Below are positions 50,701 to 63,790 of a DNA stretch of 64,000 nt, in pieces. The notes below the pieces were generated by a model. The model was not told where the DNA came from. It did no database searches and was given only the letters and a program-made list of their open reading frames with translations. Source of the DNA: Folioceros fuciformis (taxonomy: Eukaryota); NCBI GenBank assembly GCA_049999805.1, contig JBNGIO010004204.1, positions 1-64,000 of the forward strand, given 5' to 3'. Positions within the stretch are counted from its first letter, which is position 1. Each line of letters begins with the position of its first letter. Made by a program: the position numbers and the translations under genes.

Positions 50701-51136
50701 ATTAAAAGAGAAACATTTCACGAGAACTCTAGATCTATGTATGTAGTGAGGTATGTTCTAGTCTTAGATATTTAATTCCTTGGAACCTTGTTTGCAACAA
50801 TCCTCTTGATTATGACAACTTGGATTCATAGTGTAAAATTAAAAGTAAGCTTTATAAAGGAGATCTACAACAAAGAGAGGTACACTAAGGCCTAACTAGG
50901 AATGTGAGTGGCAAAGTAAACTCTCTATTATTACTCTTATTTGCAGCAAGACGAACACAAAAGGTGTTAGTTAAAGACTTGTTATCGTTGGAAGGGTTTA
51001 TTGGGAGAAATAAGGCACAATTTAAGACAATGCCAACTAAGCTTGTACGCATGCTATAAAAAGCAAATGCTTAACGCTGCTTTTACCAAACTAGTTGAGC
51101 TTGTGAACATGTTATGTAAAGGCAAGTTTGAATAAA

Positions 51137-51236
51137 GAAAGAGGAACAGAAATAGAAAGAGGGACAAAAATAGAAAGAGGGACAAAAATAGAAAGAGAGA
51201 CAAAAATAGAAAGAGGGACTAAAATAGAAAGAGGGA
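51137..51236. repeat. 18-bp purine-rich minisatellite (AAAATAGAAAGAGGGACA), about 5.5 copies
   Basis: Directly visible; it explains the spurious (SFYFCP)n ORF on the minus strand. Confidence 0.9.
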
Positions 51237-52230
51237 AGAAACGCGTGGTCAAAGGACCTAGCTATAAAGTTGAAGCTACTTAAACCATTTGTATTGTGAG
51301 ATATACCCAAATATGAATCTCTATCATTATAAGAGAGGGATCTAGAGAGGCTCAAGCTATAAAGTTTAAGCTTATGAAATCTTTATATCTTCGTAAGAGA
51401 AGGCCTTCTTTGCATAGGCTTTATCTTCTCAAAAAGTTTAATTGAAAAAGTTAAAATGGACAACACTCTTGAAAATTCACAAGAGATGCGCGCAAGATTT
51501 GTCACTGAAGTACATCATTCGCTAAACCAAGCACGGATTGTGCGAAATGAAGCACGTAGTTTCCTACATCAAGTGTATCAAAGACAAGCTCAAATTCAAA
51601 ATAGAATCGATGAGATGCAAAATAACATGGATACAATACAATCTCAATTGGATAATCTTTCAAATGAAGTTTTAGGCCAGGATGGGCCAACTCTGCAGCG
51701 ACAACAAGATTTTCTTCAATATTGTCGTCACAACCTTATTGAAGAAATTCTTCCTTCTTGAATTTTTGGTGAAACGTGTAGTATATGTATGGAAACTCAA
51801 GAACAAGGTGGTCGAATATGTAGGATACGATGGTGTACACACACTTTTCATGAGAATTGCATTTTGCAATGGCTTCAAAGACGACAATCTTGTCCACTTT
51901 GTAGGAGAACAATGGTTTGATCTTCAATGCCACTACTAGAAACATGTATCCTTTATAAGGCATTTAAAAATGTTGCACCTTTTGTGACAATCTTTTAAAG
52001 TCTTATAAAGGATACTTGGGTGAGAGGCTTAGTGACCGCTTCTATTGATGTTGCACTTCATTGTACTACACATACTTTGTATAATTAAGCATAGAAAATG
52101 AACAAGTGCATTCACCACTAGATTTTTAAGGTCAAAACAACATTTGGAAATAACCATACTTCTAAGCATTTATAATGGGTTTCTTTAGATTTGGAAATGC
52201 ACTTAACTACAATCTAGGGATTCAATTTGC

Positions 52231-52620
52231 GAGCATGTTGTCATCGATCACCCTACATGGGTGGCTAAGGGTTGTGTGATCACCCTACATGGGTGGCTAA
52301 GGGTTGTGTGATTGCGAAAGTGAATAAGTATTCTCCCTTGTAGGATGGACATGTTTTAATCCCCCTTGCTATAGATCTTGAGGCCCATGGAGCCATGGGT
52401 AAGGTCTTTTTAAGGTTCATTAAGGAGTGTGAAAATATATATCATGTCATACAAGTGGGTTTCTTCCTCTTTCCTTAGTGGCGGCCTTCTTTCATTAATG
52501 TATATCCATCCCTTTGTAAAGAGCATTAGCCAATGCGGTGTTTTGAACTACTATAACTGTAGATCAAACGACTTCTTTGGCATTGGTTGTGGGTAGTCCT
52601 TTTGTTATTTAGCACCAAAA
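52231..52620 (+). mobile_element. 3' fragment of a CRE-like restriction-endonuclease non-LTR retrotransposon with an internal exact 32-bp duplication (52246-52277 / 52278-52309)
   Basis: Collapsing the duplication gives 'HVVIDHPTW...AKVNKYSPL*DGHVLIPLAIDLEAHGAMGKVFLRFIKEC', then 'SIPL*RALANAV'. This fits the RLE tail consensus DV...PT / K..KY / F.PLA.E..G / S..LQR. Confidence 0.65.
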
Positions 52621-52872
52621 TATTTTGGGAGCAACAATTAGCTTTAGGAATGATATTCAAGGGGCCTCGTACTATTCCTCTTTTGGGTTTAGAGTTTAAG
52701 GTTGTTCCTCCTCATCTTTGGTGTAGATAGAATTTTTCATATATTTATTTTAATAATGTATATATTACTTCTTAATTATGACATCCGGGCATCTTCGATG
52801 CAACGATGTGCGCAATGAATCTTAATAGAGTTGGATTGTATAGTAGAGGTCGATGGAGTTGTGGATTATGCT

Positions 52873-53190
52873 TTTACTGAGTTGCGTGGTTGCTCTCAAA
52901 TTTTGTAGTCCATGCTCTTTCCAATTATGAGGCCTTACAACATTTTTGAGTTATTAGGCCTCACTAATTTTTGAGTCATCAAGCTCCTATGTTTTTGCTG
53001 AGTTGTGTGGTTGCTCTCAAATTTTGTAGTTCATGCTCTTTCTAATCATGAGGCCTTACAACATTTTTGAGTTATTAGGCCTTACTACATTTTTGAGTCA
53101 TCAAGCTCCTCATTGCACATTTTTAGGTCATCAAGCCTCGGTGCATTTTTTGGGTCATCAAGCCTCATTACATTTCTAAGTCATTAGGCC
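52873..53190. repeat. Approximately 120-bp direct duplication followed by approximately 29-bp degenerate units (CATTTTTGAGTCATCAAGC...)
   Basis: About 52873-52990 matches about 52993-53110, followed by shorter repeated cores. Confidence 0.8.
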
Positions 53191-53926
53191 TTGTGTATGA
53201 TGGTTTTGCGTATGGCCACAAAGGGGACATACTCTCTCTTCCCCTATTATATTAGGGTATCTACTAGTATATTCTATGTAGAATCATTATCAAGAATCTA
53301 AGAATCAAGGAGGGATACATATATTCGATTTGGTTCACGAGAGGGGGGATGGGACAAGAAACATAAAGCGGGGTACCAACATGGGCCGATTGGTTTCCAC
53401 AATAGTTCTGGAGATCTGGTTTCCGTTCTTGTCTTCCCGTTGAACTTGCCGCATTGTGAATCACGGAGGAATGACAATGGAGCTTATTGTCATTCATAGC
53501 CAATAACAAACATGTGAAAAATATCCTTTGTTCTCAATTCCGGTGCTATAAAAATGACAGTTGAGCTTACCCAAAATTGTTGATGTGGAACAGAAAAGTT
53601 TGGTACTCGATCTAAGAAAGGCTAACTTGGTTTCTTTTTGTTGAGAATAGTTCGAAGGGAGGCATGTGGAAGGTAGGTTTTTGGGCAAGTGCTCATGGTA
53701 GGTAGTGAGCGGCTGGTGAAGGCTTTTATGGAGTTTTTTTAGTTCTATTTTGGTAGGTTAGAATAAGAAGATACCTATATAGTAGGATGTCTACCTACAC
53801 ACGTAGAGAGAGTACCTACTTGGGAAAATGGAAGATACCTACGTAGGTAGGGAAGGTACTTATACGGTAGACACCCCACCTATGGCAATGGGGTAGGCTG
53901 TCTACCTACGACAATAGGTGGGAATG

Positions 53927-54058
53927 GTAGGGAACCTACCTACGAGAGGAGGGGTAAGGAACCAACCTACGAGAGGAAGGGTAGGGAACCAACCTACGAG
54001 AGGAGGGGTAGGCAACCTACCTATGAGGGGAGGGGTAGGCAACCTACCTACGAGAGGA
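53927..54058. repeat. 27-bp tandem repeat (translates as GNLPTRGGV) inside a probable transposon relic spanning about 53700-55400
   Basis: 'g(g/c)aacc(t/a)acctacgagaggaggggtag' occurs about 5 times, and degenerate 'acctac' cores continue on both sides. Confidence 0.8.
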
Positions 54059-55761
54059 GAGGAAGGAATGGTAGAGACCCTACCTACGAAGGGAGCAACA
54101 AGTACCCTACCTATAGAGGGAACATTCCCAACCTACGTAAGGAAGGAGCCTCAAGTTGAGGAACAAGGGGATCCCTCCCCTACCAAACTTGTAGATGGTG
54201 GTGAAGGGATATCCCAAGAGATCCACACAGAGGAAGGTACGGTGGAAGTTCGTGGATCCAAAAGAAAACGAATCCCAATAATGGAGGGGGGCCCATTAGC
54301 TCAGCCTTCAAACTCTGCCTCCCTTCAGGAGCTATCTTAGCCACACTTTTTTGAAAAGGGGGTCAACGAATCTTCTATGGCGGCACTAATAGTCCTACTC
54401 TTCATCGGCGTGCACTACCCTAGCAATTATTGGTAGGACTTAGCCTCTTGGTAGGTGTGCGCAGTTCAAGTTGGTGGCGCCTAGTGTGAGAGAAGGGTAG
54501 CCCACCACCTACATGTAAGAAAGGGTTCATGTGTCGATCTCTCCTATAAAGAAGGGCTACACAAAGAAATGAACCACCACATTCTGCACTCTTCTCATGC
54601 TCAGCAGAGCGTAGGAATCTCGTTGCCGGCTGTGTGCCATCATAGTGCCTGGTTGTGGCTAGAGTTGCAATGGTCGAAGTGCTTGGCGGAGGGCTCATAT
54701 TTTTCCATGGGCACCCCTGCAAGTTGCTTCCCTTGCGAATGGTTGTTGTGCTGCTGTAGGTGGGTGGCAATACCTGTGTGACTCTTGGCTTGAGGGTAGA
54801 CTCCAGGGAAAGACTCCTAGAAAGTTCTCGCTAACACGCACAAGCACGCAACAACCGGCCCAAGAAAAAACTTGTTGCACTGTTTTTTGGATTGTAAGTG
54901 TTTCGTGACGAATAGAGAACCAACTTTCGTAAGCTTGCGTGAACATCCTTGCGGAAGGGGGAGCTGCGAGTGCCCTTTTTGTTGCCAATTGCAAAGTTTC
55001 TTGTGATGTCTGGTTGGGAGTGTTGAACGCAGGGAGACGAGCAGTTGGATCGCTTTGGAAGGTGTTGTGAGAAGATTTGTGAGAAAAAGGTATGGAGTGT
55101 AGGGAAGTAGAAATCGATAAGGGAAGTACTGGGGCCCTTCCAAGTGAAGGAATGGTGCCTACCTATTGACTAGACGTGTGGTAGGATTGGTAGGTACGTG
55201 GTTGGGAGGGTTGACTATTGTAGGGGAACGATAGATGTAGCTGACCAGGCTCAGAGGGGAGCGATTCCGAGGAAGCCTACAACGACTGTGGGATTGATGT
55301 GGCCACGATACATGTGAGCGGGTGCCTTGTAGGGATACTACACTTGCTTGCCCACATGATAAATGCGTCGAAATTGTAGGAGGGTTATGAAGTAGAGATG
55401 GTTCTTAGTCTTCAACTTTTAGAAGGTTAAAAGTGATTCATGTTCTTGAAAAATCATGAATTTGTATGTTTTGATGAATTAGTGAAAAAATGGGATATGT
55501 TATTATACTAAAATTAAAAAAAAAACCCAATTTATAATAGAAAATATGACATACATATACAGTTACAAGATTAAAAAAATAGAGAGTGCATAAAGTTTTG
55601 GGTCCATAATATGGCGGCTAACTCACATTGGTAGTTTTGGGCACCGGGCATGCCTATGCACCATGCATTTCACCGTGGCCATGCATGAGATATTCTATTT
55701 TTCTTTCTGTGTCCAAGATAAAAAAAATTGAAGAGTAAAGAGGTAATTTCAATAGTGGAAT

Positions 55762-56202
55762 CTAAGAACTATGAGAGTCTTCTCCTTGTGAGCTCATTTC
55801 TACCTTTTCATTTGACATTAAATCACAATTTGAGCTTTCACTTGGTGAGCTTATTACTACCTTTTCGTCAGGTTCTAAAGTGACATCTAAGTCTTCTCTT
55901 TGTGAGTTCATTATATCTACCTCTTCATTTGGTATTAGCTCAGAAACTGAGTAGTTTTCACCTTGTGAGCTTACTTGTACCTCTTCATTTGAGTAGTTAT
56001 CGTCTTCTGAGCTTATTTGTACCTCTTCACTTGCATCTACATCACTATACAAGTCTTCTCTTTTTGGGCTCATCGCTGCCTCTTCTTTGGGTTCTAAATT
56101 AATCCTTGAGTCTTCTCCTTGTGAGCTTGTCGCCACCTCTTCCTTGGGTTCCACATCAATTCTCCAGTCTACTCCTTCTGCTTGGAACATACAATCCCTC
56201 AT
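55762..56202 (-). other. Acidic low-complexity ORF made of degenerate repeats of about 19-21 aa (EP.EEV..SSQ.ED); possible exon of an unrecognised gene or transposon ORF
   Basis: A 146-aa stop-free frame with about 7 copies of E.V..SS(Q/P).E. A candidate acceptor ('ttccaag|') lies near its 5' end, and a neighbouring minus-strand ORF sits at 56540-56863. Confidence 0.35.
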
Positions 56203-58178
56203 ATGTCAAACTAGAGACTGTCAACACGACAAAAGTTCATCTTTCAATTCACTTACTATCAATATGACCAAGTTCATCTTTCAATTCACTTGCACTTGGT
56301 TCATGTATTTCGATTGACCTTCCATGTAGTCCTTGAGGAGGATAGCCTCTATTGATTTCGGGGATCTGCATTTTTAAACAAAAGGATATTCATTGACCAA
56401 GACTTATTCAACATTTAGAACTTTAACATTACAAAAGATGTTTTCGATTCTTTTCGCATCTAAGGTTTTGTGTTTTAATCAATATATTGACTTCAACACT
56501 TCATATATAATACTAAGAGAAATCTCTAAAAACTGAAATTCACTCATTTAGCGGAAAGTAAAGCACATTAGCCCACTCTCGTCCTTCTGCGTGGAAACTC
56601 CAATATTTCATATCAAATGGGAAGAGATTAGGATCAAGTGTATGTTCCGATTGTACTAATGAGTTTGATGGTTGTTTCTTTTGATCGCTAGACATAGAGG
56701 TCTTCTGAGTGTGCATGTCCTTAATGTCTTGACTGGGTGCATCTACCCCTTTTTGCTTGTCACTGGTGTCCTCTTTGTCATTTGAAAAGGATAGCAATGA
56801 CACGAGATTGCTTTCTTGTTTCTTCATATTCTTGTCCATCTTCCAACCACTAATCTCCTCCAATCTTTAAGTAAGCGAGAAGTTTGTTTCTAAATTCTTA
56901 CTATTGCATCAAAATTCAGCTTGTTTATCCTCCTTAGGGCTATAAGGATTCCTCAACTTTTTTCGAGATGAGCACAATACCAAATATGTAGGTGCTTTAA
57001 CTTTGGACTTCTAAGTTCCCCAAATCAAATTATAAGCAAACGAGAATGCTTAAAGGTGGATTTTTAAGCGATTCAATTCACTATATGGTGGAATTGAAGT
57101 GTTATTGCTCTAGTACTTTAAATACTTTCGGATTCATCTTATTTTTTAATTTAAAATAATGGATATTTTTTTAAAATATTTTATATCTGATTTTTAACTA
57201 TTTGTGCATGTGCATGGCTGGAGAAGGAGGCTCATGCACCAAGGGTGACCGGCCATCCTGTGCATGGCTTCACGTCGTAACCGGCTTCATGCACCTGGTG
57301 TGTGCGCCAGAGAAGCCAATTGTTCAGCGAAGAGGAGATTCCGTAGGAAGATTGAGGGTCTGTTCCTGGAAGTTACTTCATGCATGGACATAAATAAGAA
57401 GGAATATCATAGTGCGCATTGACAATGACTCCAAGTTACTGTACTTTGTTGTGCAACCGTTCCCCAATAATCGGACGCCAAGGCGCTTTGTGGCATGTCT
57501 CATAAAATGCCAAAAAGTTGAACAGGTGCAACTGTTTTTATCATCATACGAGACTCTCCGAACACGAACAAGCAAAGCGAAGTTGTAGTTTGTCTAAGTG
57601 AAAGTATCTAAGTATTTGACCGCCACAAAGATTTTAAGCTCGACGTTTAAGAGTTTCTTTCGAAATTGCAAATTAAGCAAAACCTTACCGTCTATCTAGC
57701 TCAAAAAACATGGGACACTGATTCAAGTTGCTCTCTTCGAGGGCTCTGACCTTTCTGCAGACAAGGCAGGGCCCAACCTCAGTGGCCAAAATGTTTTATT
57801 TTTTATTTTTATTTTTATATATTTTAGGAAAGGGGTTTTACAACTTGGAAGAGAATTTACAGAAAGAAATTCGGATGACCTTGAATGATATGGCGCTCCC
57901 ACTAAAGGTTCTCAAGCTCCGTCTTACTTTGTCTACAAAAATTGGCTGAAAAAACGTCAGGCTGGAACACCATTTTGTCAAAAAGCTATCTGAAGTTCTG
58001 CCATCAAGTAGGTAAGTCCCAACAAAATTACCAGGATGTGGTCCCATTGCTGTTGTACTTGTTATCTTCAAAACTTTGTGGGCAGTAACAGAAACCCACA
58101 GTCGACTAAAGGCACCCTCAGTCCTCGCTTCAGTTTCAGGGTCACATGAACGAGAGACTCACTTTATCCTGCAGCATG

Positions 58179-61100
58179 TCACGTGCCCACAGTCTCTGGG
58201 TAAGTCCTGAAAAAAACAATTTCCAGGCAGGGTGAGACTGACCCTGACCTCCAACACTGCTCACTGGTTGTTTGGGTGTTGGCATACGAGGTATTGATCT
58301 CAGCCTCTGGCTCCGATGCGTAGTCCACCACAGCGTTGGACTCGTCCACCTTCATAAAGCCGGACGTGTCCAACTCCGTAGCCGAGTCCCGTAGCACTGG
58401 AAAACTTCTCTCGCCACTCAAACGCTCAGCGGGGCCTCCTGCTCTCGGTGTCAAGCTGTTGATAACAGTTGGTGACAGCACCTCACCAGGCTCTGCCACA
58501 AGCAAACCAGGTTTCCTCTCCCCCAGCATCCACTGATCACATGATCAAAGGCAGAGAACCGATGTTCAAATATGGAAACCGATCCGACTACAGATCGACG
58601 GGCTCCCAGTCATACCAAGCGCGACTGCTTACCAGATCCGAATCCAACCTCTCCGTGCTTGCTCCCGGACTGTTTTGACCAGTTGGAGCCGAATCAGGCT
58701 GGAGCTGCTCTGGTGGCGTCGACGATGCCGGCAGCTGAGACCCATGTGGTGCACCCTCTTGATAGGGATGCATACCCCCCAGCGTTGGTGGACCTTGAGG
58801 TACTCCAGGGAAACTGTGCGTCGGCCCGCTGAAGTTGAACGGCTGCTGAGGTGCAGACCTTTCGGAGCCTGAAGTGGAAACCTCTGTCTGGGTGAGGGTA
58901 GAGACTCCAGAGTACCCATACACCATATCCTGCTGTGAATGATTGTCTCGAGGGTCACTGGATCGGCCAAGTGGAGGGGAAGGTGTACCTGCCATTGTCT
59001 GCTCATACATTTCTCCGCTAGTTGCTGCGAAAGAAGTACGCCACATGAAAATCAGACCAGTTCAGCTGAAGCGTAAACTTCAGACCGAAATGGCAAAAAT
59101 CTCTTGATGAAATTCATCTCGTGATAGTTCAACAAAAAATCTCTTGATGAAATTCATCTCGTGATAGATCATCGGTGCAGCCCTATCAATCACCGTACTA
59201 CAGTATGGTTCAGCCAGGGCGTAGGCAGGAGAATCTAAAATCTACATCTTTTACCCCAACATTCCCTAAACCGAAAAGCACTTTGGAAATCCAAATGCAC
59301 AGGGAAGACTTCAATAACAAGAAGGTACATGTTTTCGAAAAGGTACACCTACACTAACCTGAACCTGCACTTGGAGACGTCGACAGCGTGCCTTGGATCA
59401 TCCCTCCACCTGGCGGAGAATGCTGTAAGTTGCCCATGTTGTCGCATTCTAAAGCAGCAGCCGATTGCTCTTGCCCTTCATTCACTGCGCTTGTGTGAGA
59501 TCCCATACCATATTGTTCTGCGCTGCACATGAGCTGCACACCTTGTCCTGCATTCAGGTTGAGCGTCCGTTGGTCGTAGGGGTTGATACCTAGACCTGCA
59601 AGATCTGATACCCCTGTCTCCAGAGCCGGGTTCGTTCTTCCCAAGTTGTAACTCGATGGGCCCATGTTGCTAAAACCTGCTGCCGAATACAGGTCGTCCG
59701 GAGTTGCTTGGACCATTCTAGACAGGTTGGTAGTGGCAGACGCTTCAATCTGGCTGGTCGGTGTTGCACTAGCGTTACCCACTAGATAGTTTCCCAAGTT
59801 CCACGATCCACTGTTTTGCAACGACCCGGGATGCAAGGTACCGTAGCTAGGCCTTGGACCATAGGCTGAGGCACTTTGATATTGGAGCGCTTGATTGTAT
59901 CGAAGAGTAGCTTGGTCAAAAAGCAGGGGGGGAGTACCTTGAAATTTGGCCAAGGTATTCAAGTTTTGCCTGCAGAAATGCACAAGACAAAAGCAATCGA
60001 TCAGCACAAGCCATGAGCACTCAAGCCACACACCCCAAAAATTGTCCAGTCCAGAAAATAAAACAGAAATAAACGAGAGGGACAGGGACAAGAACAAGGA
60101 GGTGGAACTCACATGGGTAGGCCTGTGAAGGCCCCGGGTAAGCCCTGTAGCCCTTGCTGCTTAAACACCAGCTTGTGCGCATTATCCAATTGTTCCTTCT
60201 CCCTCTCTGCATTGAACAGAACTTGCGTTTATGCAAGCAAGCCTCGTCTATGGTCGACAACAAAAGGTACCTATAGCGCTCTAACATTTCACCTTGCCGA
60301 TGGCGGTTCATGTGTCCTCCCAGGGCTTGCGATTTATCGAAACTTTGAGAACAGAACCGGCACGCATATGGCTTAGCCGGTGTTTCATCGCTGTCGGACT
60401 TCCGCTTCTTCTTGTCTGAGGAGGAGACCCGACCGGCGTTCACCAAGGATGAGAACAAGAAACCTCAAACAAGCAGCAGCCACTCCAATTCATCGGACAC
60501 AGCTGTATGTGCTGAGGAGGAAGGTGCGAAGGGCATACCTGATCTATCCCCGGAAGATACACTGTTCGGGCTGGTAGGACTCTGCGAGCCAGATCCGTGA
60601 GTTCTCCATGAGATGGGGTCGACAGCGTCCGGAACGTCAGCCCCAACCTGGGGCACTCCGGAGAGCTGGAGCTGTTGTTGCTGGCGCTGCTGGTGGAGAG
60701 ACTGTGTCCCTACAGAGCTACCGTAGAGAGCAGCAGCAGAACCAGCACGGGCAGCAACAGAGCTAGCACGGGCAGGAGCGCCCTCACTATGCTGCCGCTG
60801 CAATGCGGAGAAGGAAGGGGGGGAGTTCCTGAGGTGACCGACTTGAGGTATCGTTGTATCAAATCCTCTAGAAAGAAAGGACGCCTGGTTAAATGGCCTG
60901 TTCGGGTTCACGGTGGCGGTTGTACGAGATGCAAGACCATGCATCCCGGAGGTGTTGCCGGGGTACAAGACAGTACCATAGGCCGTAGGTTCCTGGAGAT
61001 TATTGGCATCTGTGTGCTGAGGCTCGAACCGCCGACCACCTCCCCCTGGCCCGCTGCCTTGGTCAACACCAACACCATAAATGAATTGGGGCTGCCTCGC

Positions 61101-62093
61101 CTCTATGGAGGCGTCTTGAATTGTATCGCCAAACCGCCGCCCAGCAGTCACAGTGTCGTAGAAAGGGGTCGGGTTCTCAGAATTGCCCGGCCTTCCTGTA
61201 GACAAAGGGATCGTACCAGAGATGGCCCCTGCCTCTCCCGACTCCGCTACCTCGTCCACGTGCTCCGCGGTCACGTGAATATTTCCTGCATTCACGCGAG
61301 AAACTTAGAGGCGGTGCATGCCAGAGGCGGTGCGGTGTAAGACGAGGAGGAGAAGGAGGAGGAGGTGGAATTTGGAGACGGTACCAGGACCTTCCTCCTC
61401 CGCAAGCGAGCCGGTCTCTACTCCTCCGTGCTCATCGTCAGATTGAGTATTCAAGTCCGTTTGGCTCCGAGATCTGTCGCGGGAGCACACAGAATCGACA
61501 AACGCAAATGAAGAAGAAGCCTCGAGTAAATTGACATCCACGATCCACGATCGTGCAATCACCAGAGCAAGTCTCTCCCACTCTCTCTCACACACACACT
61601 CGCACGCACGCAGGCAGGACAAACGGCCTTCCGGGTCATGGACACATCCACCGTATCCAAAGTTCGCAAGAACAACTTCCGATGAAATTTGGAAGGTCTC
61701 AAATTACTCGGTAAGACAATTCACCGCCTGCACGAAAAGAGGCGCAAGAAGGACTGACAGGCGACCTCAGAAGAATGTACGAGCAAGCCAAAATCCAATG
61801 GCCCGTATGTTGGCTGCAATTCCAACCACCGGGTGAGGAACACACCTATCGTTATGTCGAGCTGCGGTGGAGAGTGGCTGCCTTGCACTCCAATAGTGCA
61901 TATTAGAGATGGGGATTTCGGTGAAGGAGTCGGCTAGCTGGATATCCAGATCCGAATTCTTTTGCAAGTCCTCCTGGATTCCGACATAGTTGTTCCCCGT
62001 CACCGCGACCTGACCGGGCACCACGTCCCGGTCCGTCTCTACTGTCACTGCCTCCAAAGGAGACGACCCTGTGTTGAGACGAGACGACTTCAA
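58179..62093 (-). CDS. Single C2H2 QALGGH zinc-finger transcription factor, JAGGED/NUBBIN-like; both termini uncertain
   Basis: The spliced core is 'DKKKRKSDSDETPAKPYACRFCSQSFDKSQALGGHMNRHRQ/EREKEQLDNAHKLVF'. Phase-consistent exons: 61285-60539, 60415-60293, 60206-60113, 59969-59359, 59024-58633 and from 58532 downward. Probable upstream exons lie at about 61473-61385 and about 62093-61846. Confidence 0.8.
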
Positions 62094-63163
62094 GTACGGG
62101 CACTTTCAGTCGAGGTGCGGGTGCCCGTGTCTGTGTGCGTGGTCATACGGGCTGCAGATGCCCAGTTCCACAAAAACCTCACTATGGTGGCCCGGCTTAA
62201 CGAACTTCCCCGGCACAGCATCCCCGGATCTGCCACTCCTTGTTTGTCTGGACTAACCTCCGCTCCCGCTCAAACAGTGGAATGACGATGCTTGCACAAG
62301 TACTGGCTCGGGAAGCCACGGGTTAGGAAACTTCTTAATCGGGCTCCTCGCGCTTTTAGAAACCGCGGGGCTCGAATCGCCATCGTTTGTGAACCATTCA
62401 AAACTGCCCTAAATTCTACAGCACTGTTTATCGCATTTCCGACACAATTCGGACAAGGGGCTTCCTAGAAGCATCGCGGATCGAAAAGGTCGATCTCCTC
62501 CGCATTCGACGAATTCAAGGGTGGCCATAATAAGGCCATTCCTAAATAAGAAGGGCTATTGGACCACATTTACGGACAACACTCCTTCGTGTCTTATCTC
62601 TAGCCGAGGGATGGGACTCGGAAGCTTTCAGCCCAAACCTGGTGGAGGAGTATCATGCGAGACATGCGACCATTCCACAGTGTGCCCCCTAAGTAGGGAT
62701 GGAGTCAGGGGAATGTGTGTGTTCAGTTCAGGCATCCGGTACTTTTGTAAGCACATAAAAGACGTGAAAAAGGATGGGGCCGCACTCTGGCTTGGCCAAC
62801 TTCATCCTCCACAGAAACCCAACTTCCCCCTTTCGAATTCGAATGTGACAAATGCAGGGGAAGCCAAGCACCAGACCAGGGAACACTCAAAGACATACGA
62901 ACTGCATCCATGCCTGAGACGCACATGTCACCTAGTCAAGTATTTACAAAGAGTGATACAAACAAATGCATCTCATGGGGACACAAGAAGAGAGTCGCCC
63001 TGATGCTGAACTAGAAGCAAAAGAGAGTACATCATTAAATACGTAATACTAGTAGTACCTGCCAGCTCCGTCCGTCTATGAGCGACCTGCACATTGCTAA
63101 GGCATGTCTATCCTACGGCTCGATTCCCGACAGAAGCGGCCCCTTTCCTACAGATCTAGCAAG

Positions 63164-63790
63164 CTACACATTGGAGGCTGGAGCAGTGACTTGTGCAGTA
63201 GCGCTGTAGCGGACAGCCAGTTCGCCATACACTCCCTTGTCATCATCACCCTGCAAAAAGGTGTTCCTGGCATTCACCGTGAGCATGACAACCACAAGCC
63301 AGAAGAGGGTGGCATCCAGGGCCAGGAACGCCGCTGCTCCAAACAGGCCCGGCTTTGCTGTAGGGCAGGACGAGACCGAGGCATCCACGACATGAAACTT
63401 CCGACGAGCGGCTTCAGCTAACGTGGCCCATAGAAGCAGGCCCCCTGCAGTCAGGGACAGGGCAAAGGAAATCACAGAGAAAAACACGAGGCCTTTGCTC
63501 TTCAGTAGAGCGAGAACGGGAACGGACTTCTGGTCGTAGGGGTACACCAATGCCACCAATGAAATGATGAGGGACACCACCACAAAAATCAGGCCCGCCG
63601 TGCCTAAAGCAGGACTGCTGTCCTTGGGGTAGGAGCAAAATTGAAGGTTTCCAATCAACACCGGCGCAAGAGCACCCTCCGTCGGCTTTGCATTCTCCGC
63701 TATCACTCCAAGAATGAAAGCCGTTACTCCGGAGAACAAGATAGCGTTACTCAAAATCAAAACATCTGAGAACCGCTTCCTCAACGCCAT
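63164..63790 (-). CDS. DUF1218 plant membrane protein (about 4 TM helices), intronless, 208 aa
   Basis: Motifs 'AFILGVIAENAKP', 'CSYPKDSSPALG', 'YPYDQKSVP' and 'CPTAKPGLFGAAAFLALDATLFWLV.MLT.NAR'. The ATG at 63790 is preferred over the upstream non-ATG extension. Confidence 0.85.
   Translation of the reverse strand: MALRKRFSDVLILSNAILFSGVTAFILGVIAENAKPTEGALAPVLIGNLQFCSYPKDSSPALGTAGLIFVVVSLIISLVALVYPYDQKSVPVLALLKSKGLVFFSVISFALSLTAGGLLLWATLAEAARRKFHVVDASVSSCPTAKPGLFGAAAFLALDATLFWLVVVMLTVNARNTFLQGDDDKGVYGELAVRYSATAQVTAPASNV

Noticed and set aside
59095-59167. Direct duplication of about 33 bp in an intron of the zinc-finger gene
   Set aside because: A simple local duplication with no coding or evident regulatory consequence.
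60675-61340. 221-aa plus-strand ORF
   Set aside because: It is antisense to the large exon of the zinc-finger gene and has no motifs.
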